The notes under the pieces are model-generated. The model ran no database searches. It was not told the origin of the DNA and saw only the letters and a program-made list of their open reading frames with translations. The position numbers and the translations under genes are program-made. A stretch of 64,000 nucleotides of DNA from NCBI GenBank assembly GCA_963707635.1, contig OY970173.1:2560001-2624000 (forward strand). The letters run 5' to 3'. Of the stretch, positions 44,356 to 53,700 are shown one piece after another. Position 1 is the stretch's first letter. The number at the start of each line of letters is the position of its first letter. This DNA is from Candidatus Latescibacterota bacterium. Its GTDB lineage: Bacteria > Krumholzibacteriota > Krumholzibacteriia > WVZY01 > JAKEHA01.

Positions 44356-45355
44356 ATGTGGCCTGAAATGATCTGCCCCGAGGACGGTCAGCCGCTGACC
44401 CTTGCGCGCGAGGAATTGACATGCCCGCGGGGCCATGAATGGGGCGTGCACGCAGGAATCCCGCGGATGATTCCCCGGAAGGAGAACTACGCCGACGCGT
44501 TCGGTCTGCAGTGGAAGGTCTATCGCAAGGTGCAGTTGGATTCGTTCACGGGGACCACGCTGTCGCTGGATCGCGCGCGGCGCTGTCTGGGTGGCGCGGG
44601 TTGGGACCTGCTCCGCGCTGGCGCCCAGGTCCTCGAGGTCGGCTGCGGGGCCGGGCGGTTCACGGAGGTCCTCCTCGGAGCCGGTGCTTCGGTCACATCG
44701 GTCGACTTGAGTTCCGCGGTGGAGGCCAACCAGGACAATTTTCCGCAGGATCGACGCCACCGGATTCTTCAGGCCGACGTGCTTCGCCTTCCCTTCGCCC
44801 CGCAGCAGTACGACGTCGTGTTCTGCCTCGGCGTGATCCAGCATACGCCGGATCCTGAAAAGACGATCGAGAAACTATACCAACAGGTGAAACCCGGCGG
44901 CTGGGTCGTCAGTCGACCACTACACGTACCGGCTCTCGCATTTCACCAAGTCCGCGCCGCTGTTTCGACTGGTGCTTCGCCGCCTGCCGCCAGAGGAAGG
45001 GCTCAAGCACACGGAGCGTCTGGTGCGAACGTTCCTCCCTTGGCATCGCGCCGTGCGCAATAGCCGAAGCGCTCAGGCACTGGTGAGCCGGGTGTCGCCC
45101 GTGTTGTCCTACTACCATGCGCTTCCGCTCGACGACGAACTCCAGCGCCAGTGGGCGCTCCTCGACACACACGACTCGCTCACGGATTGGTACAAGCATT
45201 TCCGCACCCGGGGGCAGATCCGAACCACCCTCGAGAGGCTCGGCGCCAGAGAGATCTGGTGCGAATACGGTGGCAACGGCGTCGAAGCGCGCGGCCGCCG
45301 GCCAGGGGGTCATGACACCCACCGCATCTCACCCAATCTGTGCACTGCCGTTTAG
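44356..45355 (+). pseudogene. Class I SAM-dependent methyltransferase with Trm112-like N-terminus, frameshifted at ~44911
   Basis: CP.D...CPRGH, FGLQW, LEVGCGAGRFT, GVIQHTPDP, KPGGWVV; continues as DHYTY...LDTHDSLT in another frame. Confidence 0.75.
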
Positions 45356-45430
45356 AGTAGGAGAGCGGACGGATCGCCTGAGTCACCGGGGCCGGGCACT
45401 CGCAAATCGGGCCTCGGCCGCGTTCTGTGT

Positions 45431-45459
45431 TTGGCAGTCGTACATGAACGTGGTAAACT
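45431..45459 (+). promoter_or_regulatory. Sigma-70 promoter
   Basis: TTGGCA-N17-TAAACT with extended -10 TG. Confidence 0.55.
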
Positions 45460-45588
45460 ACCCCCAACTCGGACCACGTCGGCGGTGGAGACAGACTGGG
45501 ACCGGGAGTGGAACGAGGTGCTGTTAGACCTCTACGCGTTTATCGGAGCAGTTTAAGGGCATTGCCACGATTTGACCCGGAGGTCATC

Positions 45589-46506
45589 ATGAATTTTCGT
45601 TACCGTACGTTTGGAGCCATTGCACTGACTGTACTGATCGGGCTGTCGTCCCTCGTGCAGGCGGCCACCGACACACCGTCGCTTAGCCTGGGGATGAGCG
45701 GGCACGGCAAGCAAGCGCTTACCGTCACGGCCGGACCCAGCGGTCTGCCGGATGGCTTCACCCTGTGGTGGATGGACGCGGCGCAGTTCGCAGCGAGCGG
45801 GGGCGCGTGGCCCAGCGACGTCGTTCCGGAACAAGGCTTCGCAGCGTTTTCCGGCGCACCGACGCTGAATACGTTCGGTGGGACCCAGACCACGTTCAAG
45901 CTGGGGCCGAACCAGAGTATCGTGATTGAAGTGGGCGACCTCACCGACGAAACCGGCGTGGCGGGCGAGCTGGGTGAACTCGACTACGGAATGACGTATC
46001 ACTTCGTGGCCTTCGCTCGCGATGCAGACGGTAACGCGGCGAGCGGCTTGAGCGTGACCGTCACCGACGCGACGACCTCCAGCACCAATTGCACGTACAC
46101 GTGGGGATACTGGAGAAACCACGTGGAGATGTGGCCGGGTCTGCCGGGCGGGGTGCTCATGCTCGGGTCGGTGGCCTACACGCAGGCTCAGCTCCTGGCC
46201 ATCTTCGATGAGCCGGTAGCCGGCAACGGTCTCATCAGTCTCGCGCACCAGTTGATCGCAGCGAAGCTCAATATCCTCGCCGGTGCAAATCCGGCCGCGG
46301 CGGCGGCGACGATCGCGGCGGCGGACGCTCAGATCGGCTCGCTGGTCATCCCGCCGGTCGGCGCGGGATACATCCACCCGAGCCTCACGAGTTCCAAGAC
46401 GCAAAGCCTCGACGACTACAACAATGGTCTGACCGGACCCGGCCACTGCGCCACGATCCCGGTCAACCAGGCCACGTGGGGCACGGTCAAGGCCCTGTAT
46501 CGGTAG
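45589..46506 (+). CDS. Secreted protein ending in TWGTVKALYR
   Basis: GGAGG RBS; signal peptide; CTYTWGYWRNH and LAHQLIAAKLN motifs; terminal TWG..K..YR. Confidence 0.8.
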   Translation: MNFRYRTFGAIALTVLIGLSSLVQAATDTPSLSLGMSGHGKQALTVTAGPSGLPDGFTLWWMDAAQFAASGGAWPSDVVPEQGFAAFSGAPTLNTFGGTQTTFKLGPNQSIVIEVGDLTDETGVAGELGELDYGMTYHFVAFARDADGNAASGLSVTVTDATTSSTNCTYTWGYWRNHVEMWPGLPGGVLMLGSVAYTQAQLLAIFDEPVAGNGLISLAHQLIAAKLNILAGANPAAAAATIAAADAQIGSLVIPPVGAGYIHPSLTSSKTQSLDDYNNGLTGPGHCATIPVNQATWGTVKALYR

Positions 46507-46534
46507 GAATTGAGTCGCACGAGTCAGGTTGAAA

Positions 46535-46568
46535 GAGCCCGTCGCTGAAGCGGCGGGCTTTTTCTTTT
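46535..46568 (+). terminator. Intrinsic terminator
   Basis: AGCCCGTCGC-TGAA-GCGGCGGGCT followed by TTTTCTTTT. Confidence 0.85.
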
Positions 46569-46573
46569 CCACT

Positions 46574-47521
46574 ATGGCACCAGCTTCGCGCACAGACACA
46601 CGGCCGGACAGCCGGCGGCGATTGTCCCTGGGAATCTGGAAACTGATCGACCCCAAGATCTCCCTGGCATCCATTGCCTCGCTGGTGCTGGGAACGCTCG
46701 CCGCCGCTCGCGATGGGTCCCTCGCCTACGGCTGGCTCGCCGTCACGGTCGTTGCCATCCTCGCCATCGAAGCGGCGAAGAACGCATCGGGTGACATCAT
46801 CGATTTCGATTCCGGGGTCGACGTGGACGTCCGGCCGGAGGAGCGCAGCCCGTTCTCGGGCGGCAAGCGGGTGATCGTCGACGGGCTGCTGACCCGGCGC
46901 GACACAACGATCGTGGCGGCCGACTGCTATGCGGCCGGAATCGCCGGCGGCGTCGCCATCGCGCTCCTGCGCGAGCCGCGCGTGTGGCTCCCGGGGCTCA
47001 TCGGAGTCGCGTGCGCGTTCTTCTATCACGCTCCTCCGCTTCGGCTCTCGTACCGCGGCTTCGGTGAAGCGGCCGTGGCCGCGTGCTACGGGCCGCTGGT
47101 CGCGTGCGGCGCCTACCTCGTCCAGCGCGGGAGCGTGCACGGGCCGGTCGTTCCCCTGTCGATTCTCCTGGGCGTGTTGATCGCGGCGTTTCTGTGGGTG
47201 AACGAGTTCCCCGACCGGCGCGCGGACGCCGCGGCGGGAAAGCGGACCCTGGTGGTGCGGCTGGGGGCCCGCCGGGCGGCGGTGGTGTTCACGTGGCTGG
47301 AGGCGTTGCCGTTCGTGGTGCTGGCCGCGCTTCCGTTCTTCGGTGCTCCGCCGGGCGTGCTCGCGGGGCTGGCCGGCGCGTGGCCCGCTCGCCGCGCGTC
47401 GCGCGCGCTCTCCCGCGCAGGGGACGACGTCGCGCGGATCGTTCCCGCGCAGGTGGATGCACTTCGCGCCTTCGCTCTGTTCGCGCTCGGGGCAGGACTG
47501 GGACTCCTGCTCCTGCCGTAG
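46574..47521 (+). CDS. menA: 1,4-dihydroxy-2-naphthoate prenyltransferase (MenA/UbiA family)
   Basis: NASGDIIDFDSGVD, YHAPPLRLSYRGFGE, NEFPDRRADAAAGKRTLVVRLG. Confidence 0.8.
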   Translation: MAPASRTDTRPDSRRRLSLGIWKLIDPKISLASIASLVLGTLAAARDGSLAYGWLAVTVVAILAIEAAKNASGDIIDFDSGVDVDVRPEERSPFSGGKRVIVDGLLTRRDTTIVAADCYAAGIAGGVAIALLREPRVWLPGLIGVACAFFYHAPPLRLSYRGFGEAAVAACYGPLVACGAYLVQRGSVHGPVVPLSILLGVLIAAFLWVNEFPDRRADAAAGKRTLVVRLGARRAAVVFTWLEALPFVVLAALPFFGAPPGVLAGLAGAWPARRASRALSRAGDDVARIVPAQVDALRAFALFALGAGLGLLLLP

Positions 47522-47524
47522 CGC

Positions 47525-48646
47525 TCACTTCAGCACGACCATCTTCCGCGACAACGAACGTTCGCCGGCGGTGAGCACGCAGAAGTACGTGCCCGACGCG
47601 ACGCGTTCGCCGTTCTCCCCGGTGCCGTCCCAGGTCGCGAAGTGCCGCCCCTGCGAGAGATCGCCCTCGACCACCGTCGCCACGCGCGAGCCGCGCACGT
47701 CGTGGATGCGCACCACGACGCGCGCCGGCGCGGGGAGGGTGAACGGAATGGTCGTCGAGGGATTGAACGGGTTCGGCGAATTCTGCCCGAGCGATAACAC
47801 GGCCACGGGCGTGCTCACGGTGGCGGGCAACGAGGCTACCTCGTCGCCGCTCTCCTTGACCGCGGCGATCAGGTAGGTGTACCTCGTTCCCGCCCGGGTC
47901 GTGCGATCGACGTACGATGCCGCTTCCACCGGGAGCAAATCGACGAGTCGAATCGGCACCGCGTCGCCCTCGCCGCGGTAGACGCGCACCCCGCGCACGA
48001 TTTCGTCCGTCTCGATTCGCCACGACAGCTCCACGCCGTCGTCGCGGACGCGCGCGTCGAAGGAGCTGATCAGCACCGACACCACCACGATCAGAACCGA
48101 CCGTTCGCTCGAGTAGGCGCTCATCACGCCCAGGTGGTTGCGGGTGCGAACCGCGAAGTAGTATGTGCCGGCCGCGAGCTGGCAGACGTCGTGCGTGCTC
48201 GCCGCGCCGGCGTCGACGGTGTACTCGTACTGCGCGGCCTGCCCGCCCGCCACCGAGAACCTCCCGTAGCTCACCGAATAGCCGACCACGGAGGGGTCGC
48301 CGCTCGGGAGCCAGGTCGCGCGCGCGCAACCCGGGGCCGGGCTCGCGAGCGCCGAGAACAACGGTGGCGGGGGCGGCTGCAGATTCCCGGCCTCCGCAAT
48401 CACCAGCACGTCGCCGGTGGTGAGGTCCGCGTCGAATACCGCCGACGCCGCGGAGGACGAAGCGGCGCTGGCAACCAACGTCCCGTTTCGCTGCACGTCG
48501 TACTGTTTCGCGGGTGTCAGGTTGAACAGGCGTACGGTGGTCGGACGGGCCAGCGCGCGCGACGGGCCGATTGCGAGCAACGCGACGGTCAAAAGCGCCG
48601 CCGCGCGAGCGAATGACTTCGCTCCGTTGCCATCCAAACGATGCAT
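47525..48646 (-). CDS. Secreted FN3 protein + FlgD-Ig CTD
   Basis: GAAGGAG RBS before ATG 48646; FN3 (VVGYSVSYG...YYFAVRT); QNSPNPFNP CTD. Confidence 0.8.
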   Translation of the reverse strand: MHRLDGNGAKSFARAAALLTVALLAIGPSRALARPTTVRLFNLTPAKQYDVQRNGTLVASAASSSAASAVFDADLTTGDVLVIAEAGNLQPPPPPLFSALASPAPGCARATWLPSGDPSVVGYSVSYGRFSVAGGQAAQYEYTVDAGAASTHDVCQLAAGTYYFAVRTRNHLGVMSAYSSERSVLIVVVSVLISSFDARVRDDGVELSWRIETDEIVRGVRVYRGEGDAVPIRLVDLLPVEAASYVDRTTRAGTRYTYLIAAVKESGDEVASLPATVSTPVAVLSLGQNSPNPFNPSTTIPFTLPAPARVVVRIHDVRGSRVATVVEGDLSQGRHFATWDGTGENGERVASGTYFCVLTAGERSLSRKMVVLK

Positions 48647-48935
48647 GAGCGTACTCCTTCGGTCCCGGCGCGCGCGGTCGCCGATGGGCGCGGCCCCGCG
48701 CTCGCACCGGAGGACATGCGAGCCATGGCGATGCAGATCGGGTTTTGTGGCGTCCTTATCAGCAATTTTCGTGTCGCCGGCGCGGGTGGGTTCGCGAGAG
48801 TGGCGCAGCGTGGCACAGACGGGCCGTCGAGCGCGAACGGTGGCGCGGGGGGAGCACGGCGCGCGGCGAACGCATGAGAACGTGTGTGCCGCCGGGTTGC
48901 GCGCGGGACCAATTGCGGCTATCATTCACCGCGAC

Positions 48936-49880
48936 ATGCCGACATGGACACGAATGCGAACGCGATCGACGCTCGTCGGCACGACTCGCTCGGTCGCGGC
49001 GCTCGCGGGTATCGCGACCTGCGCGTTTGCGATCGCGCAAATGGCATCGTCCCCCCGGTCCGCGGTCGCGCAGGTCCCCGGTGTCGCGTCGGCGCCCGAG
49101 CCGGTTCGCGCCGAGCTGGTGGCCGACGCGGCGTCCATCCAGCCCGGGAAGCAGTTCCGCCTCGCCGTTCGCCTCGTTATGAGCGACGGGTGGCACGTGA
49201 ACTGGATCAATCCCGGCGACGCCGGGCTGGCGCCCTCGGTCGCGTGGCGGCTCCCGAAGGGTTTCCGGGTCGGGCTGATCGAGTGGCCGCTGCCTCGCCG
49301 GTTCGAGACCGGTTCGCTGGTGATCTTCGGGTACGGCGAGGACGTGCTGCTGTCGGTGGACGTCGACGCCCCCGCCACGCTCGAGACCGGTACGTCGGCC
49401 GAGCTGATCGCGGAGGTGTCGTGGCTCGCGTGCGCGGAGGCGTGTGTGCCCGGGACGGCAACGGTGTCGCTGCAGCTGCCGGTGGAAGCGGCGTCGCGCC
49501 CGAGCCCGGAATGGAAATCGCGGATCGACGAGTCCCGCGAGCGGTGTCCGGTCCAGCCGGCGGATTGGAGCGTGGATGCGCGCGTCCGCGACGACGCCAC
49601 GCTGCTCTTCGATCTGCAGACGGCGGCCGAGAAGACGCCCGCACTCGACGGCGTGTTCTTCTTTCCGTTCGATCAGGGTCTGATCGAGAACGCGTCGGCG
49701 CAGACTTTGGCCGCGATGCCGGGCCCCTACGGGCGCGTCGCGTACCAGCTGCGCATCGAGCGGGCGCGAATCGGCGTGGAACTTCCGAAGCGACTTACGG
49801 GTATTCTGGTGTGCGAAAGTGGCTGGACCGCCGGAGCCGGCCCGCAGGCCATCACGATCGATGTGCCCCTCGGTTATTGA
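48936..49880 (+). CDS. DsbD N-terminal (protein-disulfide reductase) domain protein
   Basis: GWHVNWINPGDAG, IEWP.P, WLACAEACVPG. Start approximate. Confidence 0.8.
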   Translation: MPTWTRMRTRSTLVGTTRSVAALAGIATCAFAIAQMASSPRSAVAQVPGVASAPEPVRAELVADAASIQPGKQFRLAVRLVMSDGWHVNWINPGDAGLAPSVAWRLPKGFRVGLIEWPLPRRFETGSLVIFGYGEDVLLSVDVDAPATLETGTSAELIAEVSWLACAEACVPGTATVSLQLPVEAASRPSPEWKSRIDESRERCPVQPADWSVDARVRDDATLLFDLQTAAEKTPALDGVFFFPFDQGLIENASAQTLAAMPGPYGRVAYQLRIERARIGVELPKRLTGILVCESGWTAGAGPQAITIDVPLGY

Positions 49881-49939
49881 CAGCGCCCCGAACGTTCGAT
49901 TCAGCAGACCATACCGAATTCAACCTGGGAGGATCCTCG

Positions 49940-50581
49940 ATGTTTCGTTCAATCACCCGCATTGCACTGCTCGTCGCCGTCGCGGCGCTGGCGGCGGCTG
50001 CCGCTGCGGACACGACTACTGACCCGAAAGCCGCCACCGCCGCTCTGGACCAGAAGGCGCCGGATTTTTCCCTCGCCGGCATCGACGGCAAGACCTATCG
50101 GCTTTCGGACTGCAAGGGAAAGTACGTGGTGCTCGAGTGGAACAACCTCGACTGTCCGTTCGTGAAGAAGTTCTACGGTGCCGGCGCGATGCAGGCGCTC
50201 CAGAAGCAGTACGTCGAGAAGGGCGTCGTGTGGCTTACGATCTGCTCGTCGGCGCCCGGCAAGCAGGGGTTCTATGAACCCGACCAGCTCAAGACGATGG
50301 CCGCGGAGAGGAAGCTGGCGTCGACCGCGTATCTACGCGACGTGGACGGCGCCGTGGGCCATGCGTACGGTGCCAAGACGACACCCCACATGTTCGTGAT
50401 CAGTCCCGAGGGCGTGCTCATCTACGCCGGAGCAATCGACGACAAGCCGTCGACGAACCCGGACGACCTCAAGGGTGCGACGAACTACGTCCAGGCCAGC
50501 CTGAACGAGGCCATCGCCGGCGAGAAGATCGCGGTGAAGTCGACCGCGTCCTACGGCTGCAGCGTCAAGTACGCCAACTGA
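49940..50581 (+). CDS. Exported redoxin (AhpC/TSA, thioredoxin fold)
   Basis: APDFSL, LEW.N.DCPFV, YGAKTTPHMF, YGCSVKY; GGAGG RBS. Confidence 0.88.
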   Translation: MFRSITRIALLVAVAALAAAAAADTTTDPKAATAALDQKAPDFSLAGIDGKTYRLSDCKGKYVVLEWNNLDCPFVKKFYGAGAMQALQKQYVEKGVVWLTICSSAPGKQGFYEPDQLKTMAAERKLASTAYLRDVDGAVGHAYGAKTTPHMFVISPEGVLIYAGAIDDKPSTNPDDLKGATNYVQASLNEAIAGEKIAVKSTASYGCSVKYAN

Positions 50582-50595
50582 ACCGAGTTACTCAG

Positions 50596-50619
50596 GGCGG
50601 GCGCCGAAGGGCGCCCGCC
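50596..50619 (+). terminator. GC-rich hairpin after the redoxin gene
   Basis: GGCGGGCGCC-GAAG-GGCGCCCGCC; no clear U-tract. Confidence 0.45.
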
Positions 50620-50654
50620 GCCCGCACCGATTTCCCCGGCCGCGGCCCAATGGG

Positions 50655-50684
50655 TTGACACAACCCTTTGTAATCCCGTACAGT
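50655..50684 (+). promoter_or_regulatory. Sigma-70 promoter of the C25 peptidase
   Basis: TTGACA-N18-TACAGT. Confidence 0.55.
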
Positions 50685-50722
50685 TACCGCTGCGGGCCGG
50701 CTCAGGAACCGGCCCCGATCCG

Positions 50723-53700
50723 ATGCGCAAGACCGTACTGACCCTGCTTCTCGTCTCGATCATCGCGGTGCCGCTCTGGATCTCGGGGCACACGGCATCG
50801 GTTCGTATCGAGGTCGATGTCCCGACGAGCCCGGGAGACTTTTCCGTCACGGCCGCCGGAAGGTATACCTCCGTCTCGCCCGTCCCATCCGCCTCCGGAT
50901 CATTTTTCACCGTTAACGACGTAGGCCGCCCCTCCATCCCGGCGCGCATCGTTTACGTCGCGTTACCCGACGGCAGGAGTTTCGCCAGCGTCATCGCATC
51001 GGCCGAGGGAACCAGCACGCTGGCTCGCGGCGTCGAACTCGCCGTGGCCGCGCCGCCGGCGCCGGCGCCCGACCTGCCCGCGCCCGGCGTCGCAGTCGCC
51101 CAGGATGCACTCGCGCCATACCTCGCGGGCGCGGAATTTCCGTCCGAGCTGGTTCGCTACCTGGGAAGCGGGACCTGGCACGGCTACACCGTCGCCAGCT
51201 TCGCGGTATTTCCGCTGCAAGTGGTGGAAGGCGATCTGGTGCTGCACGCCGACGTCCGGCTCTCGATCGACACGGAGCCCGCTGCCGGGCCCGGCGCCGA
51301 GCGGGCGCTGCGGATGAGCAGCGCGCGCGCGCGCGACATCGAAACGCGGCTGCGCGGTTTGATCGCCAACGACGAGGCGCTCGCCACGTATCCTCCCATC
51401 CCTCACGACGAACACCGCGGGCCATTCGGCGCGTCGGTTGCGCCCTCGCTCGAAGGCAGCCCGGTCGACTGCATCATCGTCGCCCCCGCCGCGCTGGCCG
51501 CCCCGTTCGACGCGCTGGCGGACTGGAAGACGGCCAAGGGCGTTCCCACCGTCGTCCGCACGGTCGAGTGGATCGAAGCCAACTACCCTCGCGGGATCGA
51601 TCGCGCGGAGACCATTCGCTTTTTTCTCCAGGACGCCTACACCAAGTGGGGTGTCCAGTGGGTGCTCCTGGTGGGTGACACACCCGAGATTCCCCCGCGC
51701 TACCTCTACACGGCCTATTACTACGGCGGCACGCTGGTCCCCGCGGACCTCTATTTTGCCTGCCTCGACGGTTCCTTCAACGCCGACGGTGACACGCGCT
51801 TCGGCGAGCAGCCGGCCGACCAGCCCGACCTGTACGCCGAATTGAGCGTGGGACGGCTGCCGGTGTCAACCCTGGCCGACGCGGCGAATGTGGTCTCGAA
51901 GATCATGAGCTACGAGACGCCGCTCGACACCGAGTACGTCGACAAGACGCTGTTCCTGGCGGAGGTGCTCTTCCCGGCGCCGTGGTCGCCGCCCGCGCCC
52001 ATCCAACTCAACGGCGGCGACATGGCGGAGTTCGTGCGCATCCGGCACGTGCAGAGCCCCTCGCGCCGCGTCACCCGGCTCTACGAGACCCCGGCCCTGT
52101 TCGCCGGCTCGCTGCCGGAATCGCGCTCCATCGCGATCGATTCGCTCAACGCGGGCTACGATTTCGTCTTTCACGTCGGCCACGGTTATCGCTTCAACAT
52201 GCACTGCGCGGATGAAAACATCGCCATTCCCGACGCGGACGCGCTCTACCACCCGAACCGCTTCTTCAACCTCTACATGTCGAATTGCACCGCGGCGGCG
52301 TTCAATTTCGACTGTCTCGCCGAGCGCATGCTGCGCAATCCCAACGGCGGCGCGGTGTCGGTAATCGGCGCCGTAAGCAGCTCGTTCGCCGAGATATCGA
52401 CCGACTACATGGAAGCCTACGCGGGCGCGGTGTTCGACGGCGCGGACCCGGTCCACATTGGGGACGCATTTGCCGCCTCGCGTGCGTCGCGCACCGCGCT
52501 CGCAATGCTCGACGACAATTCCGACCTCTGGACCCACTACGTGTACACGCTCCTGGGCGACCCCGAGATGACGCTGTGGACCGGCCCCGTGCGCACGCCG
52601 GTCGTGAGCCACCCGGCCAGCCTGGTGGCGGGAACCACCGTGGTCGCGGTGGGCGTGGACGTCGACGGGCTGCCGCAGGCGAACGCGACCGTCTGCCTCT
52701 CGAAAGACGGCGAAGACTATCAGGTCGGAACGACCAACGCGGCGGGACAGGCGTCGTTCGTGCTTTCGACCCGGACCACGGGACAGGTGCGCGTGGTGGT
52801 CACCGGTCGCAACCTCGCCCGCCACGAGAGCGCCATCGCGATCGAGTCGGCGGCAAGCGTGCTGCTCTCGATCGACGAGGTCCTGATCAACGACAATCGC
52901 TTCGAGTTTGGAACCTTCGTAATCGGGGACGGAGTCGTGGACGCGGGCGAGGCCGTCGAGTTGACGCCGACCGTGCGCAACACCGGCGGCGCGGCGTCCG
53001 CACCGGCGGTTGCCACCTTGACGACGACGGCCCCGTTCGTAACGATTGCAAACGCTACCGTCCCGGTGCGTGTGTTGGCCCCGGGCCAGAGCGTGCTCGC
53101 CGACGACTCGTGGCGCGTCCAATTCGCGGCCGACGCGCCCGATGGGGCCCTCGCCAGTTTTTCGGTCACGATCGCGGGGAATGCGACGTGGAGCGACACG
53201 TTCTCGGAGACCGTCCACGCCCCGGCGTTCGCGCTCACCTCCCTGCGCACGTCCGACGCGGCACCCGTCGGCAACGGCGACGGCGTCATTTCCAGCGGCG
53301 AGCAGTTCTTGCTGTTCGTGACGCTCAAGAACCATGGAACCGGAACGGCAGCCGGGCTGGTCGCGACACTTTCCGCGCTCGACGCCGGAGCCACGGTATT
53401 TTCCGGCCTGGCGCAGGTCGGCGACATCGCCGCGCTGGCCGAGCGCGAGTCGGAGTCGGCGTTCCGTCTCCTCGAGGCCGACGCGACGGTCCAAAACCAC
53501 CTGCGGCTGATCGTGACGGATACGTACGGGCACTCCCTCACGCACACGATCGAGCTGCGCAAACCTGTCGCCCCGGCCATCCAATCGTTCGACGCGAGCC
53601 TCGGGGTCGACAAGATGCTCATCCGATGGAATGCAAGTCCCTCGAGCGACGTCGTCGGTTACCGCGTGTACCGTTCGACGTCCGCGACCGGGCCGTTCAC

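Noticed and set aside
45466..45588. ~120-nt 5' leader as a riboswitch
   Set aside because: No aptamer consensus or convincing helices recognised by eye.
25204..46568. Integrative element or prophage at tRNA-fMet
   Set aside because: No integrase, transposase, phage gene or att duplication seen; treated only as an accessory region.
46575..46589. TGGCAC-CAGCT-TCGC
   Set aside because: Overlaps the probable menA start codon and has an imperfect -12; likely chance.
48761..48776. Sigma-54-like CGACAC-GAAAA-TTGCT on the minus strand
   Set aside because: The invariant -24 GG is GA.
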